Shown one piece after another: positions 37,617 to 47,264 of a stretch of DNA of 64,000 nucleotides. The DNA lies in contig JASTWF010000048.1 in NCBI GenBank assembly GCA_030390025.1, positions 1,054,001-1,118,000 on the forward strand, given 5' to 3'. The notes under the pieces are model-generated. The model had not been told where the DNA came from. It saw only the letters and a list, made by a program, of their open reading frames with translations, and ran no database searches. Each line of letters starts with the position of its first letter. The stretch's first letter is position 1. Both the position numbers and the translations under genes were made by a program. This stretch comes from Squalus acanthias. Its lineage: Eukaryota.

Positions 37617-39129
37617 TAATCAAGGATAGTCAGCATGGCTTTGTCAGGGGGAGATCATGTCTGACCAATTTGATTGAATTTTTCGAGGGGGTGACTAGGT
37701 GTGTGGATGAGGGTAGTGCAGTTGATGTGTTCTGCATGGACTTCAGTAAGGCTTTTGACAAAGTCCCGCATGGGAGACTGCTCAAGAATGTAAGAGCCCG
37801 TGGGATCCAGGGCAACTTGGCACATTGGATCCAAAATTGGCTTAGTGGCAGGAGGCAGAGGGTGATGGTCGAAGGTTGTTTTTTTGACTGGAGGCCTGTG
37901 TCCAGTGGTGTAGGAAGGATTTGATTGCATTGGAGAGGGTGCAGAGGAGATTCACCAGGATGTTACCTGGGCTGGAGCGCTTCAGCTACGAAGAGAGACT
38001 GGACAGGCTGGGGTTGTTTTCCTTCGAGCAGACAAGGCTGAGGGGGGGACCTGATTGAGATGTACACAATTATGAGGGGCATAGATAGGGTAGATAGAAA
38101 GGAACGTTTCCCCTTAGTAGAGGGGTCAATAACAAAGGGGCATAGTTTCAAGGTAAGGGGCAGGAGGTTTACAGGGGATTTGAGGAAAAACTTTTGCACT
38201 CAGAGTGTGGTTGGAATCTGGAACTCACTGCCTGAAAGGGTGGTTGAGGCAGCATCCCTCACAACATTCAAGAAGCCTTTAGATGAGCACTTGAAACGCC
38301 ATAGCATACAAGGCTGCGGTCCAACTGCTGGAAAATGGGATTAGAATAGACAGCGCTTGATGGCCGGCGCGGCAACGGTGGGCCGAAGGGCCTCTTTCTG
38401 TGCTGTATAACTCTATGACTCTGTGACTCCTAACAATTGGAAATACCGTCCGTGTGTCTCGCCTATCGAACCCATTCGTAATATTACAGACCTCTATCAG
38501 TTTCCCCCTCAGCCTTCTCGATCCTAGAGTAAAGAGACCTAGCCTTTTCAAAAATAACAATAGAAAATGCTGGAAAAACTCAGCAGGCTCAGCAGCATCC
38601 TGGGAGAGAGAAGCATAGTTCACGTTTCAGGTCGAAGACCTTTTCAATGTTGCCTAATAGTTTTGAACTCTCAGTTCTGGTATCATCCTTGCTGATCTTG
38701 TTTGCACCAACTCCAGTATCTCCACCCTTTTTCATAATATGGAGACCAGAACTGTGCGCAGTATTTCAATTGTAGTCTAAACTAGTTTAACATATCTTCT
38801 ATGCTTTTCAATTCTAGAAATGAGCCCCAGTGCTTTGTTTGTTTTTATGGCTTTATTAAGCTGCGTCGCTGCTTTTAGTGACTTGTATATTTGTACCCTT
38901 GCATCCTTTTGCTCCTCTACCGCATTTAGACCCTTATTTTCCAAGGAATATGCAGCCTGCTTATTCCTGCTAGCAAAATACACCACCGCACGCTTATCTA
39001 TATTGCAATTCATTTTCCAATTGCACGCCGACTGTACATTTTTTTAAAGCTCCTTGTACTTCGTCGCAATCTTCCTCGGCATTAACTATACCGGGACAAT
39101 AACCTTTTCTATGAAGGAATCTTACTTAC

Positions 39130-39181
39130 CTAACACTGTTAATCTGGTCCCGTAGCCAAAGTAAGATTCGTAGTTATTGCC
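39130..39181 (-). CDS. TRBJ: J segment 4, C-proximal (GNNYESYFGYGTRLTVL)
   Basis: FGxG motif, gtaag donor; 12-RSS at 39182-39209 CACACTA-12-GCAAAAAGA. Confidence 0.95.
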
Positions 39182-39986
39182 CACACTATAATGCCTCGTT
39201 GCAAAAAGAAACACCATCATATCTACACCGTGCCCAGAAGGGGACACCTCCCGTCGTTTACGAAAAGTTCACAGAATAATACAGCACAGAAGGAGGCCAT
39301 TAAGCCCATCAGGCCTCTGCTGGCTCTGTGAAAGAGCTATCCAATTAGTCACACTACCAGTCCCCACTCTTTCCCCATAGCCCTGAAAATGTTTCCATTT
39401 CAAGCATTTATTCAATTCCCTTTTGAAAGACAATATTGAATTGTTTACACAGCCCTTTCAGGCAATGCATTCCAGTCAAAACTAAAACCGTTCAGCAAGC
39501 TAAACCTCACTGATTAGGCCCCAGCTAGAATATCAGGTACAATTCTGCTACCACACTGCCAAGGCATTGGAGAGGGTGCACAGCAGATTTGCCAGAATTG
39601 TCCCAGGGATGAGGGGCTTCAAATATGTAGAGAGACCAGTGAAGTTGGAATTGCTCTCCTTAGAGCAGAGAAGGTTCGGGGGAGGATTACCAGAATGATC
39701 CCTGGGATGAGGGTCTTCAGTTATGTGGAGAGACTGGAGAAGCTGGGGTTGTTGTCCTTAGAGCAGAGAAGGTTAAGGGGGAGATTTACCTGAATGGTAC
39801 CAGGGATGAGGGACTTCAGTTATGTGGAGAGACTGGAGAAGCTGGGGTTGTTCTCCTTAGCGCAGAGAAGGTTAGGGGCAGGATTACCAGACTGGTAGCA
39901 GTGATGAGGGACAAGAGGTGACAGAAGATAAGACGTATTTATAATATGAAATACAGATTCATTGTACTGGGTATTTTACGACTCAC

Positions 39987-40044
39987 CTTGAACTGTTAAT
40001 CTGCTACCAGCTCCAAAATGCAAAGGGTTATAATTCCCTGTGCT
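39987..40044 (-). CDS. TRBJ: J segment 3 (STGNYNPLHFGAGSRLTVQ)
   Basis: FGxG motif, gtgag donor; 12-RSS at 40045-40072 CACCGCA-12-GCAAAAACG. Confidence 0.95.
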
Positions 40045-40609
40045 CACCGCATTATATTGCGTTGCAAAAACGGCATGACATTATCCATCTATCAGTTTTA
40101 AATGGTCTCCTAGATCCAAACCAACTCTGATGTGCATCACCCGAGTCCTACTCCGCATGATCCCGGCCGACACTCCAAGTGACAGTACTGAGAGGAAAGG
40201 GGACGTAGTGCATGAGGGGAAGGAAAGGGAGTCAGAGGCAGAAGGTAAAATAGAGACATAGAGCGAGTGGGAGACAAAGAGAAAGGGAGAAGCAGAGAGA
40301 GACCGAATAGGAAAGGGCCGTAGAGAAAGAGGGGAGAAAGATGGGGACACAGTGGAAGCCATAGAATAGGAAGGTTCGTCGAGAAGAGCGGGATAAAGAT
40401 GGACAGAAAGAGAGGCAGAATAGGAAAGGGATGTGGAGAAAGAGGGGAGAGAGATGGGGACAGAGAGAGAGAGAGAACAGGAAAGGGATGTAGAGAAAGA
40501 GAGGACAAAGATGGGGACAGTTAGAGACAGGAATGACATGGAGCGTAGAGAATGATGGACTTAAAGTCATAGGACTGGGAAGAAGCAGAGATAAAGTGAG
40601 TTCTCACAA

Positions 40610-42190
40610 GGCTGAGGGACTTCTGTCATGTGGAGAGACTAGTGAAGCTGGGATTGTTCTCCTTAGACCAGAGAATGTTAATGGGGAGATTTAACGGAGA
40701 TGTTCAAAATCATGAATGGTTTTGATACAGTAAATAAGGAGAACTGTTTCCAGGGGAAGAAGGGTCAATAACTAGAGGACACAGATTTAAGGTGATTGCC
40801 AAAACAACCAGAGGAAAAATTAGGATTTCTTTTAGTACAGCGAGTTGTGATCAGAAATGCACAAAATGAATGGTTGGTGGAAGCACATTCGATCGTAACA
40901 TCAAAGGGGAAATGGATAAATACTTCAAAGAAAAAATAAAATGCAGGGCGATGGGGAAAGAGCAGGGGTTGGGGGGAATGGAAGAAATTAGATAGCTCTT
41001 TCAAAGAGTCGGCACAGGCACGATGGGCCGATTAAGAACAGAAGAACATAAGATATATGAGCTGGAGCAGGCCATTTGACCCTTCGAGCCTGCTCCGACA
41101 TTCAATAAGATCATGGCTGATCTTTTACCTCATTTAAAGAGTGTGCAGGGACAGGGGGACCTGGGAGTTAATGTGCATAGGTCCTTGAAGGTGGCCGGGA
41201 CATATTGAGAGAGTGTTTAACAAAGCATATGCATTCTTGGGCTTCATAAAGAGAGGTATTGAGTACAAAAGTAGAGATGTAAGGCTGAACTTTTATAAAG
41301 CGCTGGTTACGCCACAACTGGAGTACTGTGTCCAGTCCTGGTCATCACACTTTAGAAAGGATGTGAAGGCCCTTGAGAGGGTGCAGTAGAGATTTACCAG
41401 AGTGGTTCCGGGGATAGGGAATCCTAGCTACAAGGGCAGGTTGGAGAAGCTGGATTTGTTTACATTAGAGCAAAGCCGGTTGGGGGGTGATTTGATAGAT
41501 GTGTACAAGAATATGACGGGTTTGGATAGGCTAGAAGGGGGAAAGACTGTTCCCACTAGTTGATGGTACAAGGACTAGGGGACACAGATTTAAGGTTCTG
41601 GGCAAAAGATACAGGGGGGTATGTGATGAAAAACTTCTTTACGCAGCGAGTGGTGAGGACCTGGAACTCGCTGCCGACGGAAGTGGTGGAAGTGGAGACA
41701 CTCAAAGTTTTCAAGGGGAGACTGGATAGGCACTTGAGGGAACTAAACTTGCAGTGCTACGGGGATAGAGCGGGGGAATGGGACTGACTGGATTACTCTA
41801 CAGGGGGCCGGCACGGAGTCGATGGGCCTAATGACCTCCTTCTGTGCCGTTATGACTCTATGACTCTATCTGCACTTTATTGAACTATTTCCATATCCCT
41901 TGATTCCCTTAATATTCCAAAATCGATCGCTCTCTGTCTTGAATATACTAAACGACTGAGCCTCCACAGCCCTCTGGGGTAGAGAATTCCAAAGATTCAC
42001 CACCCTCTGAGTGAAGAAAGTTGTCCTCATCTCAGTCCTAAATGGCCGACCCCTTATTCTGAGACTGTGACCCCTGATTCTAAACTCCCCAGCGAGGGGA
42101 ATCATCCTCCCTGCATCTACCCTGTCAAGCCCTGTAAGAATTGTGTATATTTCAATGAGATCACCACTCATTCTCTAAACTCTGGAGAAT
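40610..42190. mobile_element. CR1 fragments between J2 and J3
   Basis: ORFs 41560-41787 (+) and 41866-42171 (-). Confidence 0.8.
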
Positions 42191-42360
42191 GGTCTCCCTC
42201 TGTCCTGCATCATTCTATGATTCTATGACTCTATAAGGCGGGATGCTACATGAAGCGGCGGTGGGTGGGATGAGAGATTCCCTCTGGTCAGACGCGGTAA
42301 ACACGGAGATATTATGGTCTGTACTACCCCCTTTTCACCGCCGACTCGTCTCCAACTTAC

Positions 42361-42409
42361 CCAGAACGGTGAGCCGGGTCCCATCTCCGAAGGTAGCTGG
42401 ATCATTGTC
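42361..42409 (-). CDS. TRBJ: J segment 2 (DNDPATFGDGTRLTVL)
   Basis: FGxG motif, gtaag donor; 12-RSS at 42410-42437 CACAGTG-12-ACTGAAACT. Confidence 0.95.
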
Positions 42410-43139
42410 CACAGTGAGACAAGCCTGCACTGAAACTGTCTCTGTAGTTTCTCGCCCTGCGATTCGGGAAAGGGTGTCATCCGGATAGAATCCTGTGCGG
42501 ATGTGCGCTGGGACGGGAAGCCCAGCGGCCTGCCTGGTCCCGCCTGTCCTGGCAGTGGAGGTGCCTATGGCACCGGGCCGTCTCGGTGTCGGGAGAAGGG
42601 GTTGAGTTCTGTCTGAGAAGGGCAGGCGGATGGCGGAGTTATTGCACGGGTCGGGCACTGCAATGTAACAAGGTGCGATACTGATTGCCCACGTTATTAC
42701 ATCGCAGTTCACAAACACCGCGGGGTCTCTGTGATTCCTGTGGGCTCATCAGTCCCTTCAGTTTTGCAACAGACAGCGGTGATCCCGACTCTCTCACTCA
42801 CACGGTATAGCCGAAAATCAATCCGACATCCCGGCCGTGTGAACCCACACCCGACCCAATAACATTCAGTGTAGCCAAGCATCCACAATCTTTTTTTCCC
42901 ATCTCTCTCCTTTCCCCGCTTCCCTCTCCCCAATCTTAAATGTATATTTTACTCGTCTCCCTTTCTTCTCCAATCACCGTCTTTGTCCCTCTCTCTCTAA
43001 GACACACCATTATCTGTCTTTCTATCTCTCACTTTAATTTGTCCTTTAAATCATTCGTTTTTTTCTTTTTCGCGTTATTATCCCGTTGTAATTCTCTCGT
43101 TTTGATAAACACTTTCTCTCCACCATATTTTGCTCTCCT

Positions 43140-44460
43140 TCTCTCTGTGTAACTCCTTCTCTCTCTCTCTCTCTGTCTCTCTCTCTCGCTCTCTCTGACT
43201 CTGCGTCTCTTTCTCTAACTCTCTGTCTCTCTCTCTAACACTGTCCCTCTCTCCCTTGCTCTATCTCCGTTTTTCCTCTCTCTCTATCTGTCTATCTCTG
43301 TCTCTGTCTGTCTCTCACTGTCTATCGGTCTCTGAATCTCTCTCTCTGTCTCTCTCTCTCTCTCTAACTGGGTACTTCTGTCCCTTTCTCTTCCCCCCTT
43401 TATCTCTCTCCCTTTCTTTGTCTCACTTTCTCTCTATCTCAGTCGCTCACTGTTCCTCTAGCTAGCTATTTGTCTCTCGGCCTCTCTGTCTCTCTCTCTC
43501 TCTCTGTCTATCAATATCTCTCTCTCTTTATCCATCTCTGTCTCTAGATATATATGTATCTGTCGTTTTCGCTGTCTCACTGCCTTAACTTTTTCTGTCT
43601 GTATGTCTGTCTCTTTCTCTCGCTATATATCTAACTCTATTTCTCTCCCTCTTACTCTCTCTGCCCATCTCTCTTGATATCTTTGTCACAGTATCTCTCA
43701 GTCTGTCTCTCTATCACTCTGTCTCTCTGCCCCTCTCCATTTATATATTTATCGTTGTGTCTTTCAGTCTCTGTCTCTCTATCTCTTTCTCTGCCCCTCT
43801 CAATTTATATATTTGTCACAGTATCTCTCAGTCCCGGTCTCTGTCTCACCCTGTCTCTCTCTCTGACCCTCTCCAATTATTTATTTTTCACAGTATCTCA
43901 CAGTCTCTGTCTCTCTCTCTCTCTCTCTCTCTGCCCCTCTCCATTTCTATATTTGTCACAGTATCTCTCAGTCTCTGTCTCTCTATCTCTCTCGCTCTGC
44001 CCCTCTCCATTTATATATGTCTCACAATATCCCTTCAGTCTCTGTCTCTCTCCTTCTCTCTCTCTCTCTCTGCCCCTCTCCATTTATATAATTGTCACAG
44101 TATCTCTCAGTCTCTGTCTCTCTATCTCTCTGTCTCTCTGCCGCTCTCCAATTATAAATTTGTCACAGTATCTCTCAGTCTCTGTCTCTCTATCTCTCTT
44201 TTTACCTCATTCATTTTCTCTCTCTCTGCCCCTCTCCATTTATATAATTGTCACAGTATCTCTCAGTCTCTGTCTCTCCATCTCTCTCTTTTTCTCTCAT
44301 TCATTCTCTCTCTCTCTCTCTGCCCCATCCATCTTTCTCTCTGTCACAGTCTCTCCCTCCATTTCTCTCTCTCTCTATCTGCCACGCTCACTCTCTGTCT
44401 CTCTCTCTCTCTTTTCTCTAAATCTCTCTCATTCTCTCACCCTCCCATCACTCTCTCTCC
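43140..44460. repeat. CT-rich low-complexity/minisatellite tract
   Basis: Repeated gtcacagtatctctcagtctctgtctctc units; produces spurious SLSL ORFs. Confidence 0.9.
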
Positions 44461-44631
44461 TTCATACCAAATCTCTGATGAAGCAGTAACGCTGAGACTT
44501 CGACAACCCCTCGCTCCCCAATTAAGCCAGATCTTCCAATCGCCCTTTTTGTTAAATCAAAACTTGAAATTGGAAGGGTCCATCGCCACTGACCCACTCC
44601 AGTTCATTTCAACGTAAGTTGGCGGACTCAC

Positions 44632-44677
44632 CTAAAACGGTCAGCCTGGTCCCGCTTCCGAAGTGCTGCTCAGCATT
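44632..44677 (-). CDS. TRBJ: J segment 1, D-proximal (NAEQHFGSGTRLTVL)
   Basis: FGxG motif, gtgag donor; 12-RSS at 44678-44705 CACAGTG-12-ACACGAACT. Confidence 0.96.
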
Positions 44678-44908
44678 CACAGTGTTGCAGCCCCAGACAC
44701 GAACTCGCGGCCTTATGCGACCGCTCCCAGCGACGGGACACGCTCTCCACGGGGTAGATGGGGGGCCAGCTCGGTCCTGCTCACCTGTACTCGCGGGCCT
44801 TCGCTTCCTCGCCCGTTCCCAAGCAAACCACCGATCACGAGACGGTGTGAAGGGCCAATTCTCGAGATCGCTCACACGGCTGCCGTGACCGGGGAATCAA
44901 AGGGAGGA

Positions 44909-44947
44909 GGTTCTTGTTGCGGCGCGGGCTGCAACTCAGTCACAGTG
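44909..44947 (-). other. 3' D 23-RSS (CACTGTG-23-ACAAGAACC)
   Basis: Exact 23-nt spacer; nonamer 8/9 consensus. Confidence 0.92.
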
Positions 44948-44961
44948 GTTGTTGCTGTCCC
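44948..44961 (-). CDS. TRBD: D segment GGGACAGCAACAAC
   Basis: Flanked by a 5' 12-RSS and a 3' 23-RSS; GGGACAG start shared with the conserved vertebrate TRBD1; open in all three frames. Confidence 0.95.
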
Positions 44962-44989
44962 CACGGTGATATGTCTAGGCTCAATAACA
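44962..44989 (+). other. 5' D 12-RSS (CACGGTG-12-TCAATAACA)
   Basis: Exact 12-nt spacer. Confidence 0.88.
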
Positions 44990-45569
44990 CAAGGGGGGAA
45001 AAGGGAGCCTCTGCAATCTGATTCTAGCAGCTTCTGATCTTACTGCATTTTATTCCTGGTCCGAACTTCGCACTATCTTTCTCTGTCTCTCTGTTTCTGT
45101 CTCCCTATCTATCTTTCGTTCTCCTTATGTATATCCCTCCCTCTCTCTGTTTGTATCGCTCTCTCCTTGTTTCTCTGTCTGTCGCTCTGTCTCTTCTTTT
45201 CATTCTCTCTTTCTCTCTCCCTCTCTCTCTCTCTCTGGTCTCCCATACCTCTCTACCCATCTCCCTATCTATTCCTTTCTCTCTGTCTCTCAGCCTGTCT
45301 TTCTCTTTCTCTCTGTCTCTTCCTGTATTTCTCTCTGCGTGTTTCCCTGTCTCTCCCTCTCTCTCTCTCTCTCTCTGCCAATCTCACTTTCTCTCGTTCT
45401 GTATTTCTCGCTCTACATTCCCTACCCCGTCTCTCTCTCTCTGTCTTCCTATTGTTCTCTCTCTCTCTGTATCTGCCTATCATTCCTACCCTGCCTCCGC
45501 TTCCGTAGGTATGCTGTCCTTGCTGCATTGAATCACACTAATGCACACCTGGTTCCCTCTCGTATATGC

Positions 45570-47025
45570 AAAAAAGAAACCGCAATGTGAATGAACAACG
45601 CAGTGTGAGGAATGAACATCATTGTTGCTTCCAATTTCCACCAGTCCCTCACATAGACATGGTTCATCTCTGACACTTCCCTTCCCTTCCTCGACTTCTC
45701 TGCCTCCATCTCTGTGGATAGGCGATTAACAAACATGCACTATAAGCCCACTGACATCCACAGCTACGTGGACTGCACTTCCTCCCACCCCGCTTCCTGT
45801 GAGGACTCTATTCCATTCTTCCAGTTTATCCATCTCTGCCGCATCTGCTCTGACGATGCCACCTTCCATACCAGTGCTTCCGACATGTCTTCCCTTTTTT
45901 TTCAACCAAGGATTCCCCTCTACCGTGGTTGACATTGTCCTTGCCCGTGTCCGTTTTTTTTTCCTGCACTTCTGCTCTCACCCCTGCCCCTCCCTCCCGG
46001 AACCACGATAGAGTTCCCCTTGTCCTCATCATTCACCCCACCAGCCTCCACATTTAACGGATCATCTCCGCCATTTCCACCACCTCCAGCGTGATCCCAC
46101 CACCAAACACATCTTCCCCTCACCTGCACTTTCAGTATTCTTAAGGGACCGCTCCCACCGCGACACCCTTGTCCACTCCTGTGTCACCCCCAACACCCCT
46201 TCCCCTTCGCCCGGCACCTTCCCGTGCAAGCGCAGGAAATGCAACACCTGCACTTTTACCTCCTCCCTTCCCACTGTCCAGGGCCCCAAACACTACCTCC
46301 ATGTGAAACAGCGATCTACTTGTATTTCTTGCAATTTAGTATAATGTATTCGCTGCTCACGATGCGATCTCCTCTATATTGGGGAGACCAAACGCAGCTG
46401 GGGTGACCACTTTGCGAAACACCTCCGTTCAGTCCGTAAGGGTGAGCCCGAGTTTCCGGTCGCCTGTCACTTTAATTCTCCGCTCCACTCCTACGCAGAC
46501 CTCACCATCCCCAGCCTCTTACACTGTTCCAATGAAGCTCAACTTAAGCTCGAGGAACAGCACCTCATCTCTCGATTGGTCACATTAAAGCCTTCTGGAC
46601 TCAACATCGAGTTTAACAATTTCAGACCATAACTTCTGCCCCTATTTTTTTTCACATGTCTGTTGTTGAAGATTCCGCCAGTGCCATTTACACTTCATCC
46701 AGAGCCATCTTTTGTTGCTTAATATCTCCCATTACCATCTCATTTAGCCTTGCACCATCATCCCTTTTGTCTCTTTATCTCTCCATCCTTCCATCCTATC
46801 ACAGACTTTCCCTTTTGTTCAAACCTCCCGTCCCGCCTCTCCCTGCCCCTACACTTGCTTAAAAACCTGTTACGTCTCCAACTTTTTCCAGTTCTGACGA
46901 GGGTCATCGACCTGAAACGTTAACTCTGTTTTTCTCTCTCTACAGCTGTTGCCTGACCTGCTGAGTATTTCCAGCATTTTCTGTTTTTATTTCAGATTTC
47001 CAGCATCCGCAGCATTTTGCTTTTT
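45570..47025 (+). mobile_element. Decayed Penelope-like element (RT C-terminus, GIY-YIG, pseudo-LTR)
   Basis: YKPTD.HSY....SSHP motif; CIRCSRCDLLYIGETKR at ~46346-46395; terminal repeat with a hammerhead. Confidence 0.9.
46890..46925 (+). ncRNA. Minimal hammerhead ribozyme motif in the Penelope pseudo-LTR
   Basis: agtt-CTGACGA-gggtc-atc-gacct-GAAA-cg-TT-aact. Confidence 0.75.
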
Positions 47026-47105
47026 TACAGTGTGAGGAGGAGCGTTCAGGGTGAAAGTTGCCAATGTCGGGTCCCAGACCAAAGGGCTGTTATTTGTGGG
47101 GCAAC

Positions 47106-47124
47106 GGCTCCCCCTGCTGGCGCG
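47106..47124 (-). promoter_or_regulatory. Candidate CTCF-binding site 2.1 kb upstream of D
   Basis: CGCGCCAGCAGGGGGAGCC closely matches the CTCF core CCASYAGRKGGCRS, in a short non-repeat island. Confidence 0.6.
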
Positions 47125-47264
47125 CTGAAGGGATGTCAGTGCTGACGAAAGGAACATGAACAACTTGCATTTATATTGCGCCTCTAACTTATTGAACCAT
47201 CCCACGGTCATTTCCAGGAGAGGAAAGCTTGGCCAAAGAGGTAGCTGTAAAGGAGCGAGGAAGA

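Larger units (their letters stand above)
34615..38430 (+). mobile_element. CR1 LINE with ORF1 SGNH-esterase domain and disrupted ORF2, containing nested insertions
   Basis: ORF 34597-35358 IVIGDSIVRG..HIGTND..DGLHL; ORF2 pieces 36114-38344; (actctatg)n tail. Confidence 0.92.

Noticed and set aside
43685-44350. Repeated CACAGT heptamer-like words in the CT tract as cryptic RSSs
   Set aside because: Part of a minisatellite unit (gtcacagtatctc); no nonamers
44780-44845. Possible extra J between D and J1 (LGNG-like codons and a gtgag donor)
   Set aside because: No FGxG in frame with the donor and no heptamer-12-nonamer
44941-44979. Plus-strand CACAGTG as an inverted RSS allowing D inversion
   Set aside because: No nonamer at 12 or 23 nt on that strand
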